Positions 1 to 9,822 of a stretch of 64,000 nt of DNA are shown one piece after another. The stretch spans positions 758 to 64,757 of the forward strand of contig CANRDF010000001.1 in the NCBI GenBank assembly GCA_947629255.1, read 5' to 3'. The DNA is from an uncultured Bacilli bacterium (GTDB lineage Bacteria > Bacillota_I > Bacilli_A > RF39 > UBA660). The notes beneath the pieces were generated by a model. The model did not search any database. It was not told the origin of the DNA and saw only the letters and a program-made list of their open reading frames with translations. The position numbers were made by a program, and so were the translations under genes. How positions within the stretch are numbered: the stretch's first letter is position 1; the number at the start of each line of letters is the position of its first letter.

Positions 1-109
1 AACCCCCATACCTCCTGCCATACCAATTCCAAGGCCAATCATCATATTTTTCATTCTTTTCACCTCATTTATAGTATGTTCAAAACTACTCTCTTTATCT
101 TTCCAATCC

Positions 110-2302
110 TTACCAAATCTCTTGCAAACGGTTTAATAAACTTGTTTTTCGATCATTTGAATAATTATTATAAATAGACATTAAGAAAGCTTCTTTCTCC
201 CCAATTAAAATTAAACATTTCTTGGCTCTGGATACTCCTGTATAAATAAGCTTATTATATAGCATCATATTATAATTTTTAGTAAGTGGAAGAATCACAA
301 TTGGAAATTCACTTCCTTGACTTTTATGAATGGTAATTGCATAAGCATGTTTAATACTTGCTAAATCAGATGTTTGATAAATGACTTTATTTCCATCAAA
401 ATCAATGACAATCTCTGTATGTTTTTTAGGTAAAATGACTTCTTTAATGGATTCAATATACCCAATATCACCGTTATAAACATTGGCATCTGGGTTATTC
501 ACGAGTTGTAACACTTTATCTTTTTCACGATAGATAGTATCGAAGTAAGCAACTTCTTTTTTATCTTCACTTTTCGGATTAAAAATTTCTTGTAATAAAA
601 TATTTAGATTATCAATTCCATTTTCTCCCTTATACATTGGAGCAAGAACTTGAATTTCTTCCACTTTAAGTCCTTTTTCTACACTTCTTTCCACAACTTC
701 TTTAAGCATTTTCTTTAAGTTTCGACTACTACAATTTAAGAAATTATAATCGTCTTTTTTTTCTAAATAAGCATCACTTAATTTTTGTTCTTTAATTTCT
801 TTGGCTAATATTGGAATATAAGAATTTTCACTTTGGCGATAGATAGTTTCTAAAGATGTATAAGGAAAAAGTTTAGAATTTACTAAATCATTCAATATGA
901 GCCCTGCTCCCACACTAGGAAGTTGGAATGTATCTCCGACTAATATCACTTGAGCTGTATCATCAATTCCTTTTAATAAAGAAGAAAATAAATGCGTATC
1001 AATCATACTTGTTTCATCGACAATAATAAGTTTATGATGATTTTTATTGTATTCATTCACCCCAAAATCATTGGTTTCTTTATTCCACTTTAAATAACGG
1101 TGAATGGTCATCGAAGGTAAATTCGTACTCATCGCAAGTTTCTTCGCGGCCCTTCCTGTCGGGGCAATTAAGGCAATAGAATTTAACGTATCAATCGGTG
1201 ATAATTTATAAATATCAATATAAAGCTTTGTAATCGCATTTACTATCGTTGTTTTTCCTGTTCCTGGTCCTCCGGAAATAATTGAAACTGGATTTTTTAA
1301 AGATGTTTCAATCGCTCTTACTTGGTCTACATTATAATTCACTCCCAAAAATTCTTGTAGGTCGTCCATTTTATCACTTAAATTTTTTAATTCTTTTGTA
1401 GGATGTCCCATCATTTTCTTAAGAATATGCGCGATATCCACTTCCATCTCATAGTATTTTGTTAAGTAAATCTGATCCCCATTTAAAACCACATCACCTA
1501 CTTCTTCTAATTCTTTTAAAGTATCAACTAAAGCACTTTCTTCTAAACAAATCTGAAATTGAGTTTTTAAGGCACTTAATAAAGTATCTTTATCATAATA
1601 AATATCTCCACTTGTGGAACTAATGACTTCCATCGCTTCTTTCATGCATTCCCTTATTCTTACTTTATCATAGGAATCATGCTTACTTAAAAAGATTTTA
1701 TCCAGTTTACTAAAAGGAACATAGTCCTTCATTTTATAAATATTTTCTTCAATGATTACTAAAGTTTTATCTTGATAAATTTTCACGAGTTTTGTAGCTT
1801 CTGCCATGCTAAATCCTAAATTTTTTAATGTAATTAAGGTATCATCCACTTGAGAATATGAAAGAACACTTAAATAAATATTCGTTGCTTTCTTCTCTGT
1901 CATGTTAGGAACGGTAAATAAATTATTTTTGTTTTCTTTAATTAATTTTAAAGCATCTTCCCCTAAAGTATCAACAATTGCTTTCGCTGTCTTATACCCG
2001 CACCCTTTAATTAAAGGACTGGATAAAAACTCTATGATTGCATCTTTTCCTTCAGGCATCTTTTTTTCATAACTTTGAAACTTAAATTGATATCCGTAAC
2101 GTTCATTTTTACCATATTCGCCATGTAATATATAAGTGTCTTCTTCATTTGCATCGGCAATTAACCCTGTAATGGTAATCGTTTTATGAATTAAATCTTC
2201 TAATTCACTTTCTTTGGCATCTTTCACTTTAAAAACACCCACAAAAAAACCAGATTCACTTGCATAGATTTTGTTACGAATTTTACCTTCAATTGTTTGC
2301 AT
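110..2302 (-). CDS. recD2: RecD2-like ATP-dependent DNA helicase (RecD/TraA family)
   Basis: 730 aa. Walker A GGPGTGKTT and Walker B IIVDETSM. Size and architecture fit RecD2. Confidence 0.85.
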   Translation of the reverse strand: MQTIEGKIRNKIYASESGFFVGVFKVKDAKESELEDLIHKTITITGLIADANEEDTYILHGEYGKNERYGYQFKFQSYEKKMPEGKDAIIEFLSSPLIKGCGYKTAKAIVDTLGEDALKLIKENKNNLFTVPNMTEKKATNIYLSVLSYSQVDDTLITLKNLGFSMAEATKLVKIYQDKTLVIIEENIYKMKDYVPFSKLDKIFLSKHDSYDKVRIRECMKEAMEVISSTSGDIYYDKDTLLSALKTQFQICLEESALVDTLKELEEVGDVVLNGDQIYLTKYYEMEVDIAHILKKMMGHPTKELKNLSDKMDDLQEFLGVNYNVDQVRAIETSLKNPVSIISGGPGTGKTTIVNAITKLYIDIYKLSPIDTLNSIALIAPTGRAAKKLAMSTNLPSMTIHRYLKWNKETNDFGVNEYNKNHHKLIIVDETSMIDTHLFSSLLKGIDDTAQVILVGDTFQLPSVGAGLILNDLVNSKLFPYTSLETIYRQSENSYIPILAKEIKEQKLSDAYLEKKDDYNFLNCSSRNLKKMLKEVVERSVEKGLKVEEIQVLAPMYKGENGIDNLNILLQEIFNPKSEDKKEVAYFDTIYREKDKVLQLVNNPDANVYNGDIGYIESIKEVILPKKHTEIVIDFDGNKVIYQTSDLASIKHAYAITIHKSQGSEFPIVILPLTKNYNMMLYNKLIYTGVSRAKKCLILIGEKEAFLMSIYNNYSNDRKTSLLNRLQEIW

Positions 2303-2345
2303 TTTACAACACCTACTTTATTGTATCACAAAAGAAAAAAGATTA

Positions 2346-2738
2346 TCAACTGTGATAACCTAATAAGTAAAGTCGGTAGACAATATCATCATAATAGGTA
2401 CTAATATTCACGTCTCCTCTCATCTTGGCTTCGTTTACTCTTGCCCATAACTGATAAAGGGTATTATATTCCTCTATTCTTGCATTCCGAACTTCTGCTT
2501 TTTTATCTTCATTAATTTTACTATAGTAATCATTTAAACATTTCATGATATATTGGTCCAAAAGAGCATAATTTACTCTTCCAATAGATACAACTTCTCT
2601 TCCCTGATTTCTTTCAGCAGGTCTTTTCGTAGGAATTTTAAAATCATGATTCAAATTAACGGAAATAATCCCTTTTGTTACTCCATTATCAAGCCATTCT
2701 AATGATTTATTTGTCGCATTTTGAAACATTTCCATCAC
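2346..2738 (-). CDS. hypothetical protein
   Basis: 130-aa ORF with good coding periodicity. No recognisable motif. Confidence 0.4.
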   Translation of the reverse strand: MMEMFQNATNKSLEWLDNGVTKGIISVNLNHDFKIPTKRPAERNQGREVVSIGRVNYALLDQYIMKCLNDYYSKINEDKKAEVRNARIEEYNTLYQLWARVNEAKMRGDVNISTYYDDIVYRLYLLGYHS

Positions 2739-2784
2739 CCTATTTTATCTCTAAAGATATTGTATCAAACTTCTTCCAAAAAAT

Positions 2785-4077
2785 CTATCCTAAACTCATC
2801 TTTTCTAGAACCTCACCTTTTAACTGTTTCCCATCATTCTCAGTAATATGCACTTTTACCATCGTATTATTTGGAATTTCTTCTTTTACAGAAACTCTTA
2901 AATAGTTGCTTGTAAGGCCTGTACTGACTTCCCCACTTTTTTCAATCAACACTTCTAAATCTTGACCAATAAATTTTTTAGCATAAGATACTTCTAGTTC
3001 TTCGGATAACTCGCATAAAACATGAGAACGTCTTTTTTTCTCTGTGTCACTTACTTGAACTTCTTCTGGAGCTTTGGCAGACACCGTTCCATCTCGTTTC
3101 GAAAATGGAAAAACATGAATCTTACTAAAAGCAAACTTTTTCGAATTTTCTACTGTTTCTTCAAATAACTCATCGGTCTCATAAGGATGACCTACTATAA
3201 TATCGGTTGTAATGGAAACATCCGGACGAATCTCCCGAATTTCTTTTAATTTATCTTCAAAATATTTTAAATCATATTTACGATTCATTTTCTTTAAAAC
3301 TTCATCACTGCCTGCTTGTAAAGGAATATGAAAATGATTACAAATCTTTGGATTATGACGAAGTTCTTCCATAAATTTTTCATTGAGTTCAGTCACTTCA
3401 ATCGAAGAAATACGAATTCGTTTTAAATTTTCTAATTTACTTGCTTCATGAATTAAATCGGTTAAATCATAAGGAGTTCCAAGTCCATAAGACCCCGTAT
3501 GAATCCCTGTTAAAACAATTTCTTGATGACCATTGTTCACAAGACTTTCCATTTCTTTTAAAGCTACATGAAAGTCTTTACTTCTTGGTACTCCTCTTAC
3601 AAAAGGAATAATACAATAACTACAGAAATTATTACATCCATCTTGAATTTTCACAAAAGCTCTAGTATGAGTTGTAAACTTATAAACTTCCATATCTTCA
3701 AAAGGAAGTTCCCTCGTTTCATTAAAAATAGTAATTGGTTGATGATTTTTTTGATAATCTTCTATAAGTTCTACAATTTGACTTTTATCTTTATTCCCTA
3801 GTAAAATATCGATTCCCATTGTTTGATAAAGAGTATTTTGATTTTCTGAAGAACACCCACATACAACGAGAATAGCACCCTTATGACGATTACGAAAACG
3901 TTCGACCATCTCTTTTGATTTATGGTCAGCTACATTCGTCACCGTACAAGTATTGACAATAATAATATCTGGACTTTCTTTATCATAAACATATCCATGT
4001 TTCAAAAGTTTTTCTTGCATCATTTCTGATTCATAAGTATTTACTTTACAACCAAGAGTATAAATATAAAAGGTCAT
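2785..4077 (-). CDS. radical SAM tRNA methylthiotransferase, MiaB/RimO/MtaB family (MtaB-like by size)
   Basis: N-terminal MTTase domain (YTLGCKVN). Radical SAM CxxxCxxC motif (CNNFCSYC) and a C-terminal TRAM-like region. Start moved to ATG 4077 (MTFYIY), which has an AGGTGAGG RBS; the ORF-track start is a GTG. Confidence 0.8.
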   Translation of the reverse strand: MTFYIYTLGCKVNTYESEMMQEKLLKHGYVYDKESPDIIIVNTCTVTNVADHKSKEMVERFRNRHKGAILVVCGCSSENQNTLYQTMGIDILLGNKDKSQIVELIEDYQKNHQPITIFNETRELPFEDMEVYKFTTHTRAFVKIQDGCNNFCSYCIIPFVRGVPRSKDFHVALKEMESLVNNGHQEIVLTGIHTGSYGLGTPYDLTDLIHEASKLENLKRIRISSIEVTELNEKFMEELRHNPKICNHFHIPLQAGSDEVLKKMNRKYDLKYFEDKLKEIREIRPDVSITTDIIVGHPYETDELFEETVENSKKFAFSKIHVFPFSKRDGTVSAKAPEEVQVSDTEKKRRSHVLCELSEELEVSYAKKFIGQDLEVLIEKSGEVSTGLTSNYLRVSVKEEIPNNTMVKVHITENDGKQLKGEVLEKMSLG

Positions 4078-4129
4078 ACCCCTCACCTCGTTTCCTTATT
4101 ATACAAAAATTTTATGTAAAAGAAAAGAG

Positions 4130-4699
4130 CTATAAAGCCCCATCATTCAGTAATTCATTTAACTTTTGTAAAGTTTTTAAAAATTCTTCTTCTTTTTCAT
4201 AAGTAAACAGACTTACCGGTTGCTCACTTTCCATTTCCACTTCTACCTTAGGTTCTTTTGGAATGAGTTCTACTGGTAATTTTTCAGATGGTTGTATGGA
4301 TATTTTTTTCACAGGAATTAAATCATCTACCATCATTTCTTTATCATAGTTAATCACATTTTGACTTGATTTGATTAATTCATCATAACTAATAATCGCT
4401 CTTTTTTCTTGTTCTTCTTCATAGGTTGTCATATCAGCCAAAGGTTCTGGATTTTCATCAATGGTATTTACAATACTTTGTAAATCAAGTTCATCGTTCA
4501 CTGGTTCTTTCACAATATCTTGTGACTCTTCTAATTCTTGTTCTTCTAACTTTTCAAACTCTTCTTCTCTCATTACATAGATTAAAGATACAATAAGCAT
4601 AATTAAAGTAATGACAGCAAAATATAAGATATAATCAACCAAGGAGAGACTGGTAACTAAACTCCATATATCAACTAAAAAATTTAACATTCTAATCAC
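4130..4699 (-). CDS. hypothetical membrane-anchored acidic protein
   Basis: One N-terminal TM segment followed by a Glu/Asp-rich region. Confidence 0.45.
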   Translation of the reverse strand: MIRMLNFLVDIWSLVTSLSLVDYILYFAVITLIMLIVSLIYVMREEEFEKLEEQELEESQDIVKEPVNDELDLQSIVNTIDENPEPLADMTTYEEEQEKRAIISYDELIKSSQNVINYDKEMMVDDLIPVKKISIQPSEKLPVELIPKEPKVEVEMESEQPVSLFTYEKEEEFLKTLQKLNELLNDGAL

Positions 4700-4784
4700 C
4701 TGCTACCTATAGTTTACCAAAAACTAAAAAAAATAGTCAAGGAAATTGACTACTTTACAAAGCAATATACACAAATTTAACAGA

Positions 4785-5999
4785 TTATTTACTTTCAATC
4801 ACATAAGGATTATCCATCGTTCCAAGTCCTGTAACCTTTACTTTCTTGGCTAATGTAATGACAGGTCTTACAAACAAACCACTTGATTCTGAAATGTCTC
4901 TTGTTAAAGATCCATCAGGTGAAACCGCAATATAAGAGATGTTATTGTTTTCTTTTTTATTTGGAGTCATGGTCCACCAAGATGCCTGAAGGGAATCTTT
5001 ATACAAATAGTAATCTTTGTTTTCTATTGTATCTCCTCCAGCAAACATCACTTCATCGGCAGTAAGTAAGGCCACTTTTTCGGATAACGTTGTTCCTCCA
5101 CAAGCATTTGTTGGCATTTTCTCATCAAAGATTCGGATATTTGATAAATATTCAATACGATTATTTTCATCTGTTAACATACTATCATCATAACAATACA
5201 AAGTACTTACAATTTGCGAGTCCACACTTCCTAAGTAATTTTCATACCAAGTATTTAAATACTCTTTCACAAGGGAGTCATTAAAAGCATAAGGAGTTTC
5301 ATTGTTTTCTTCTTTCATCTTCACTAATTCTTCCGAAGTATTATTTAACACTAATTTGACAGTTTTATCTTCATTAATTTTAACAATTCGCCATAGAAGC
5401 CCTGCGAATGATACATAGTTATTTTCTACATTTCCATGAAAGTAATACATCGTTCCATATTGTTCTAATTTTTCAATTAAACCTATGGCACTAGCATCTT
5501 CGGTCGTTTCTTGACTAGCCAAAATCGTACTTGCAAATGTCTCATCCATTTCATCAATATCTGTTTCAATCTCAAATTTTAAATCAGAATTAAGAGGATT
5601 ATTCACACTTAGATAATAACGATGTGTTTCCATTGGTTTTAACTCATAACGACTCACAATCACAGTTCGTGATAAATTACTTTCAATTGTTTCAAAATCT
5701 TCATTTGTTGAGGTTACTTTGTAAGTCACTCCATCGGTACTTCCAGAAATATTTGTTAAATGAACATAATAAAACATGGGATCACTAGACTGATTGGTAA
5801 TTGAAAACTCTAATATATTTTTACCTAACTGATAACTTTTCCCAGATAGATAATTCACTGATAAATCATCATTGACATAGGTATAGCCTAAAGAATCTTC
5901 TTGTCTTCCTAAATATGCTTGATATTGTAACAAGATAAAGACACATAAAACCATTCCACAAATAATAAACATTAATGATACTCGATATTTTTTACGCAT
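4785..5999 (-). CDS. secreted/membrane-anchored protein, paralog of the SipW-type signal peptide family (C-terminal NPY motif)
   Basis: N-terminal KK + TM. WRI(V/I) core motif and C-terminal MDNPYVIESK shared with the 860- and 461-aa paralogs. Own TTGACA-17-TATACT promoter at 6023-6051 (minus strand). Confidence 0.55.
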   Translation of the reverse strand: MRKKYRVSLMFIICGMVLCVFILLQYQAYLGRQEDSLGYTYVNDDLSVNYLSGKSYQLGKNILEFSITNQSSDPMFYYVHLTNISGSTDGVTYKVTSTNEDFETIESNLSRTVIVSRYELKPMETHRYYLSVNNPLNSDLKFEIETDIDEMDETFASTILASQETTEDASAIGLIEKLEQYGTMYYFHGNVENNYVSFAGLLWRIVKINEDKTVKLVLNNTSEELVKMKEENNETPYAFNDSLVKEYLNTWYENYLGSVDSQIVSTLYCYDDSMLTDENNRIEYLSNIRIFDEKMPTNACGGTTLSEKVALLTADEVMFAGGDTIENKDYYLYKDSLQASWWTMTPNKKENNNISYIAVSPDGSLTRDISESSGLFVRPVITLAKKVKVTGLGTMDNPYVIESK

Positions 6000-6098
6000 T
6001 TTATTCGTCGCCCCTATCCTAATTACAGTATACGAGCAAATTTTATGCTTGTCAATTTAAGAAATGCTTATTCTACAAAGATTTAACAAAAAAAAGCA

Positions 6099-7310
6099 TT
6101 ATTTTGTTTTGACAACTAAATAATACTTCTTTTTTCCACGGCGAATGATATTATATTTTTTGCTCTTTAAAACCATATTTTCATCTTGGACAATTTCTCC
6201 ATTCACACTGATGGCACGACCACCAAGGAACTCTCTTGCTTCTCGTTTGGAAGAGGCAATGTTATGATTGACTAAAAAATCAATTAACGGAGCACTTTCA
6301 TATTCTACCTGAGGAACTCCTTTAAAAACAGTCTCAATTTCTTCTTCGGTTAAATTTTTCACATTCCCTGTAAACAAACTATTTGATACTTCTTCAGCAT
6401 GAAGGTATTCTTGCTCTCCATGTAAATCGGTAATGATTTCTTTTGCAAGTGTTTTTTGAGCAAGTCTTTGTTCAGGTGATTCTTTTTGAATTTTTTCAAT
6501 ATCTTCGATTTCTTCTTTCGATAAGAAAGTTAATTTCTTTAAATAATCAATCACAAGTTCATCATCGGTATTAATTAAATATTGATATAATTCATAAGAA
6601 GATGTTTTATTTTTATCAAGCCATAAAGCATTTCCTTCGCTTTTCCCAAATTTATTTCCATCTTTATCTAAGACAAGAGGCATGACAAGTCCGTAGACTT
6701 CTTCCCCAGTTTTCTTTTTGACTAAGTCAACACCTGCTGTAATATTTCCCCATTGGTCACTTCCCGCAACTTGTAAAGTACAACCTTCCGTTTCATATAA
6801 ATGAAGAAAATCTAGGGCTTGCATAATCATATAAGAAAATTCGGTATAAGTAATTCCTGTTTCTAATCTTCTTCTTATAATATCTTTATCTAACATATAA
6901 TTCACATTAAAGTATTTTCCATAATCTCTTAAAAAATCAATAAAATTAATTTCTTTACTCCAATCCCAGTTATTCACAATTTCAAATCCAAAAATATCTT
7001 TTGCTTGACGAGATAATCCTTCCACATTTTTTTCAATTTCTTCAACAGATTTCATTTCTCTTTCGGCACTTGGTTTAGGATCCCCAATTCTTCCTGTCGC
7101 ACCACCAATCAAAAGTAATGGACGATGCCCAGCTTTGGCTAATCTCTTACAAATCAAAAATGAAGAATAATGCCCAATATGCATAGAATCTGCCGTGGGG
7201 TCTGTTCCAATATAAAAAGTAAGTCCTCCTTTATTTAACTTCTCAATAAGTTCTGGAGAAGTAATGTCTTTCACAAGTCCTCTCCACTGTAAATCTTCAT
7301 ATACTGTCAT
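6099..7310 (-). CDS. tyrS: tyrosine--tRNA ligase
   Basis: HIGH motif (MHIGHYSSF) and KMSKS-like KFGKS. C-terminal S4 domain. Start set at MTVYEDLQWRGL (ATG 7310). Confidence 0.92.
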   Translation of the reverse strand: MTVYEDLQWRGLVKDITSPELIEKLNKGGLTFYIGTDPTADSMHIGHYSSFLICKRLAKAGHRPLLLIGGATGRIGDPKPSAEREMKSVEEIEKNVEGLSRQAKDIFGFEIVNNWDWSKEINFIDFLRDYGKYFNVNYMLDKDIIRRRLETGITYTEFSYMIMQALDFLHLYETEGCTLQVAGSDQWGNITAGVDLVKKKTGEEVYGLVMPLVLDKDGNKFGKSEGNALWLDKNKTSSYELYQYLINTDDELVIDYLKKLTFLSKEEIEDIEKIQKESPEQRLAQKTLAKEIITDLHGEQEYLHAEEVSNSLFTGNVKNLTEEEIETVFKGVPQVEYESAPLIDFLVNHNIASSKREAREFLGGRAISVNGEIVQDENMVLKSKKYNIIRRGKKKYYLVVKTK

Positions 7311-7335
7311 ATGTAATTTTCCTCCCATAATAAAT

Positions 7336-7393
7336 AAAAAAATTCTATGTCTAGGGACGAATCAAATCCGTGGTACCACCCTAATTCATAGAA
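7336..7393 (-). terminator. T-box terminator/antiterminator helix of the tyrS leader
   Basis: Stem TTCTATG...CATAGAA flanks the T-box sequence and is followed by a U-run on the minus strand. Confidence 0.75.
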
Positions 7394-7470
7394 CGCATTC
7401 TATCTTTATTTTGCTTAACGCGCATAAACGATTTGATTTCCGTTGGTTGTAAGGCAACATCATCAATCAA
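7336..7470 (-). promoter_or_regulatory. T-box riboswitch leader for tyrS (Tyr specifier UAC)
   Basis: Conserved T-box AATTAGGGTGGTACCACGG lies on the minus strand at 7368-7386. Candidate specifier loop ccUUACAacc is at 7449-7452. Sits upstream of tyrS, the canonical arrangement in Firmicutes. Confidence 0.8.
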
Positions 7471-7477
7471 CAAATTC

Positions 7478-7506
7478 ATTTTAACAAAAGTTCTTACCCA
7501 TGTCAA
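7478..7506 (-). promoter_or_regulatory. sigmaA-type promoter of the tyrS leader
   Basis: Minus strand reads TTGACA (7501-7506), a 17-nt spacer, then TAAAAT (7478-7483). Confidence 0.5.
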
Positions 7507-7569
7507 ACTCTTTCTATTAAAACAGCAAAAAAGAGTAAATTTGAAAAAAATTTCTTCGCAAAGCAAATT

Positions 7570-9110
7570 TGATATAATACTACCATAAGAAGGTAGGTTT
7601 TCTAAGAGTATGTGTGAAGAGTTAAAAAAAGAAATAGAAGAAAGTCAAAATTTAGGAAGAAGAGAAAGAAAAATAAAAGAAAGACAATTGCAAAAGAAAT
7701 ATAAGGATAAAACAATAAGAATCAAGTTTGGAAAAAAATTTACTAAATCTCCTGGCTTAAGTAGAGAACAACAAAGAGAATTATTAAAAGATAAAAACTT
7801 ATTAAATGAATTAAGAAAAATTATCAAAAAATATTTTCCTGATTTAATGTCTTTATTTTCTAAACTTACGGATAAAAGACACAAAAGTTATGTTACTTAT
7901 AAAATGAGAACAATTATTATGACTAAATTGTTTGCTTTACTATGTGGTATTACAACTATGACAGGCATTAATGATGAATTTCATACAGAAGAAGCAATTG
8001 AAAATTTATCTAAAATTTGTAATCAAGAATTAAAAGAAATACCTGATTGGCAAACAATACAGGATGTGATAGAACAATTAGATTATAATGAGATTGATGA
8101 TATTAGAAAATATATGTTTAAAGCTTTACTTAGAAGTAAAATGTTTGATCGATTTCGTTATAATGGTTGTATTCAATTAATTGTAGATGCTACAGGTCTT
8201 ACTGCTTTAGACTATAACTTAAATGGCAATTGTTTAACGAGAACAAGAGATGGGAAAACAAAATATTATAAATATGTTTTAGAAGCCAAAGTAGTATTCG
8301 GCAACATGCTTATTAGTATTGATTCGGAATGGATTGAAAATAACAATTTCAATAATGAAAAAGATAAACAAGATTGTGAAACAAAGGCTTTTAAAAGAAT
8401 GGCACCTAGAATCAAAAAGAATTATCCTAAATTAAAGTTTATTATTACAGGAGATGCCTTATATGCAACTACTCCTATGATTAATCTTTGCCAAGATAAT
8501 AACTGGCATTATATTTTTAATCTTAAGAAAGATCGATTAAAAAATATTTATGAAGAATTTGAAGATAACATCAATTATGAAAATGAAGTTTCTAAAGAAA
8601 ATTATTTTTTATCTTCTAATATTTTATTTAAAGATAATAAGATTAATGCTCTTCGATACATAGAAGTAAAAGAAGATAAAACAACCGTTTTCAATTATAT
8701 TACTGATTTATCCGTAGATACTTATAACATTGAAGAGATTGTTAAGATGGGTAGACGTCGTTGGAAAATTGAAAACGAAGGTTTTAATGAGCAAAAGAAT
8801 GGAACTTATAAAATAAGTCATTTATGTAGCAGATTTGAAAATGCATTAAAGATTCATTATCTATTTATACAAATTGCTCATACCATTAGACAATTACTAG
8901 AATTGGGTTCTTTGGTTGTTAAATCCATAAAAAGATATGTGAAGAAAAAAGAAATAAGCAAAGATATCACCCACACGCTTATTTCTTCCAAAATCACAAA
9001 TCTAGAAAGTTTAGATTTAAACTTTCAATTAAGATTTGATGATTAGATTATACTACTAAATTTGACCTTTGAAAACTAGTGTGGGTGATATTTTTATAAT
9101 TTTGATTTTT
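7570..9110 (+). mobile_element. IS element carrying an IS4-superfamily DDE transposase (boundaries approximate)
   Basis: Single transposase ORF with an extended -10 (TGaTATAAT, 7570-7578). Terminal repeats not confidently identified. atactac occurs at 7577 and 9055. Confidence 0.45.
7610..9046 (+). CDS. DDE transposase (IS4/IS1634-like)
   Basis: 478 aa. C-terminal RRRWKIENEGFNEQK resembles the IS4-family R-x3-E-x6-K signature. Lys/Glu-rich N-terminus. Confidence 0.7.
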   Translation: MCEELKKEIEESQNLGRRERKIKERQLQKKYKDKTIRIKFGKKFTKSPGLSREQQRELLKDKNLLNELRKIIKKYFPDLMSLFSKLTDKRHKSYVTYKMRTIIMTKLFALLCGITTMTGINDEFHTEEAIENLSKICNQELKEIPDWQTIQDVIEQLDYNEIDDIRKYMFKALLRSKMFDRFRYNGCIQLIVDATGLTALDYNLNGNCLTRTRDGKTKYYKYVLEAKVVFGNMLISIDSEWIENNNFNNEKDKQDCETKAFKRMAPRIKKNYPKLKFIITGDALYATTPMINLCQDNNWHYIFNLKKDRLKNIYEEFEDNINYENEVSKENYFLSSNILFKDNKINALRYIEVKEDKTTVFNYITDLSVDTYNIEEIVKMGRRRWKIENEGFNEQKNGTYKISHLCSRFENALKIHYLFIQIAHTIRQLLELGSLVVKSIKRYVKKKEISKDITHTLISSKITNLESLDLNFQLRFDD

Positions 9111-9118
9111 TGCATGCC

Positions 9119-9208
9119 TTAATTTATGCGAAAAAAAACTTTATGATCTTTTTTATCTTTAATTTTCATAAAGTTTTCTTTTTTAAACTAATTTACTCTT
9201 TTTTTCTG
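9119..9208. repeat. ~90-bp direct repeat copy 1 (contains a bidirectional terminator hairpin)
   Basis: About 95% identical to 14756-14843. Contains the inverted repeat AAAACTTTATGA-N18-TCATAAAGTTTT flanked by A8/T-runs. Confidence 0.8.
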
Positions 9209-9221
9209 TATTAAAAAATGA

Positions 9222-9246
9222 GATAGTTGATAAACGTCAACTATCT
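9222..9246 (-). terminator. rho-independent terminator of the 9308-9769 gene
   Basis: GATAGTTGA-taaacg-TCAACTATC, followed by a T-run on the minus strand. Confidence 0.55.
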
Positions 9247-9307
9247 ATGTGATCGACATGAATCTAGACTATTTTTTCATGTATAGGTTATAAAGTGAAC
9301 AAAGATA

Positions 9308-9769
9308 TTAATTCATTTTCTTAGATAAAATTAAATTTTCTTGAGATAAATCTTGATATTCTTGAAGCGTTTCTTCCCAAGACTTTCCAAAGTGTTGATC
9401 TTTATATTCCGTAATTGTTCTTTCAGTCACTTCTTCTCTAGAAAAAATACTATTTTCAGAAATATTTAATTTATTTTGACAAATATAGAAGAGAAATAAT
9501 GAAGCATCTTGCATTCCTTCTAAAGTATAAGAATATTTACGATCCATCAAAAGAACATTCATTCGAAGTAATGGAAGTTTCATACCAGTAACAATTTCAG
9601 TTACATATTTTTTATGAAAAAATTTTTCATTCACAATAAGATTGTCGACAACTTCTATCGCATCTTGTTGAAAAATTCCATGACAGCAATGATAATAATT
9701 ATCGTTTTCCCGTGCTTCTTCCAAATTTTTGGGTCTACACAATTTCATTTTATATAACATCTTTTTCAC
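9308..9769 (-). CDS. hypothetical protein (bacteriocin-cassette associated)
   Basis: 153-aa ORF inside the repeat-bounded cassette. Confidence 0.4.
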   Translation of the reverse strand: MKKMLYKMKLCRPKNLEEARENDNYYHCCHGIFQQDAIEVVDNLIVNEKFFHKKYVTEIVTGMKLPLLRMNVLLMDRKYSYTLEGMQDASLFLFYICQNKLNISENSIFSREEVTERTITEYKDQHFGKSWEETLQEYQDLSQENLILSKKMN

Positions 9770-9822
9770 CCGAGAATTACAGTATCACAAAAAAAATAAA
9801 AAATCAATCAAATTTAAATGCA

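Noticed and set aside
2675-5284. Several short plus-strand ORFs antisense to the methylthiotransferase and 404-aa genes (2675-2905, 3568-3801, 4883-5065, 5090-5284)
   Set aside because: They lie entirely within longer, well-supported minus-strand genes. Low-complexity translations typical of antisense frames in AT-rich DNA.
6030-6098. Possible rho-independent terminator after tyrS
   Set aside because: The T8 run is not preceded by a convincing stem. The region reads better as the TTGACA-17-TATACT promoter of the 404-aa gene.
9119-9208. 90-bp repeats considered as IS terminal inverted repeats or a MITE
   Set aside because: The two copies are in direct orientation and each is an internally palindromic terminator hairpin. 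No target-site duplication was seen. Treated as a repeated terminator module.
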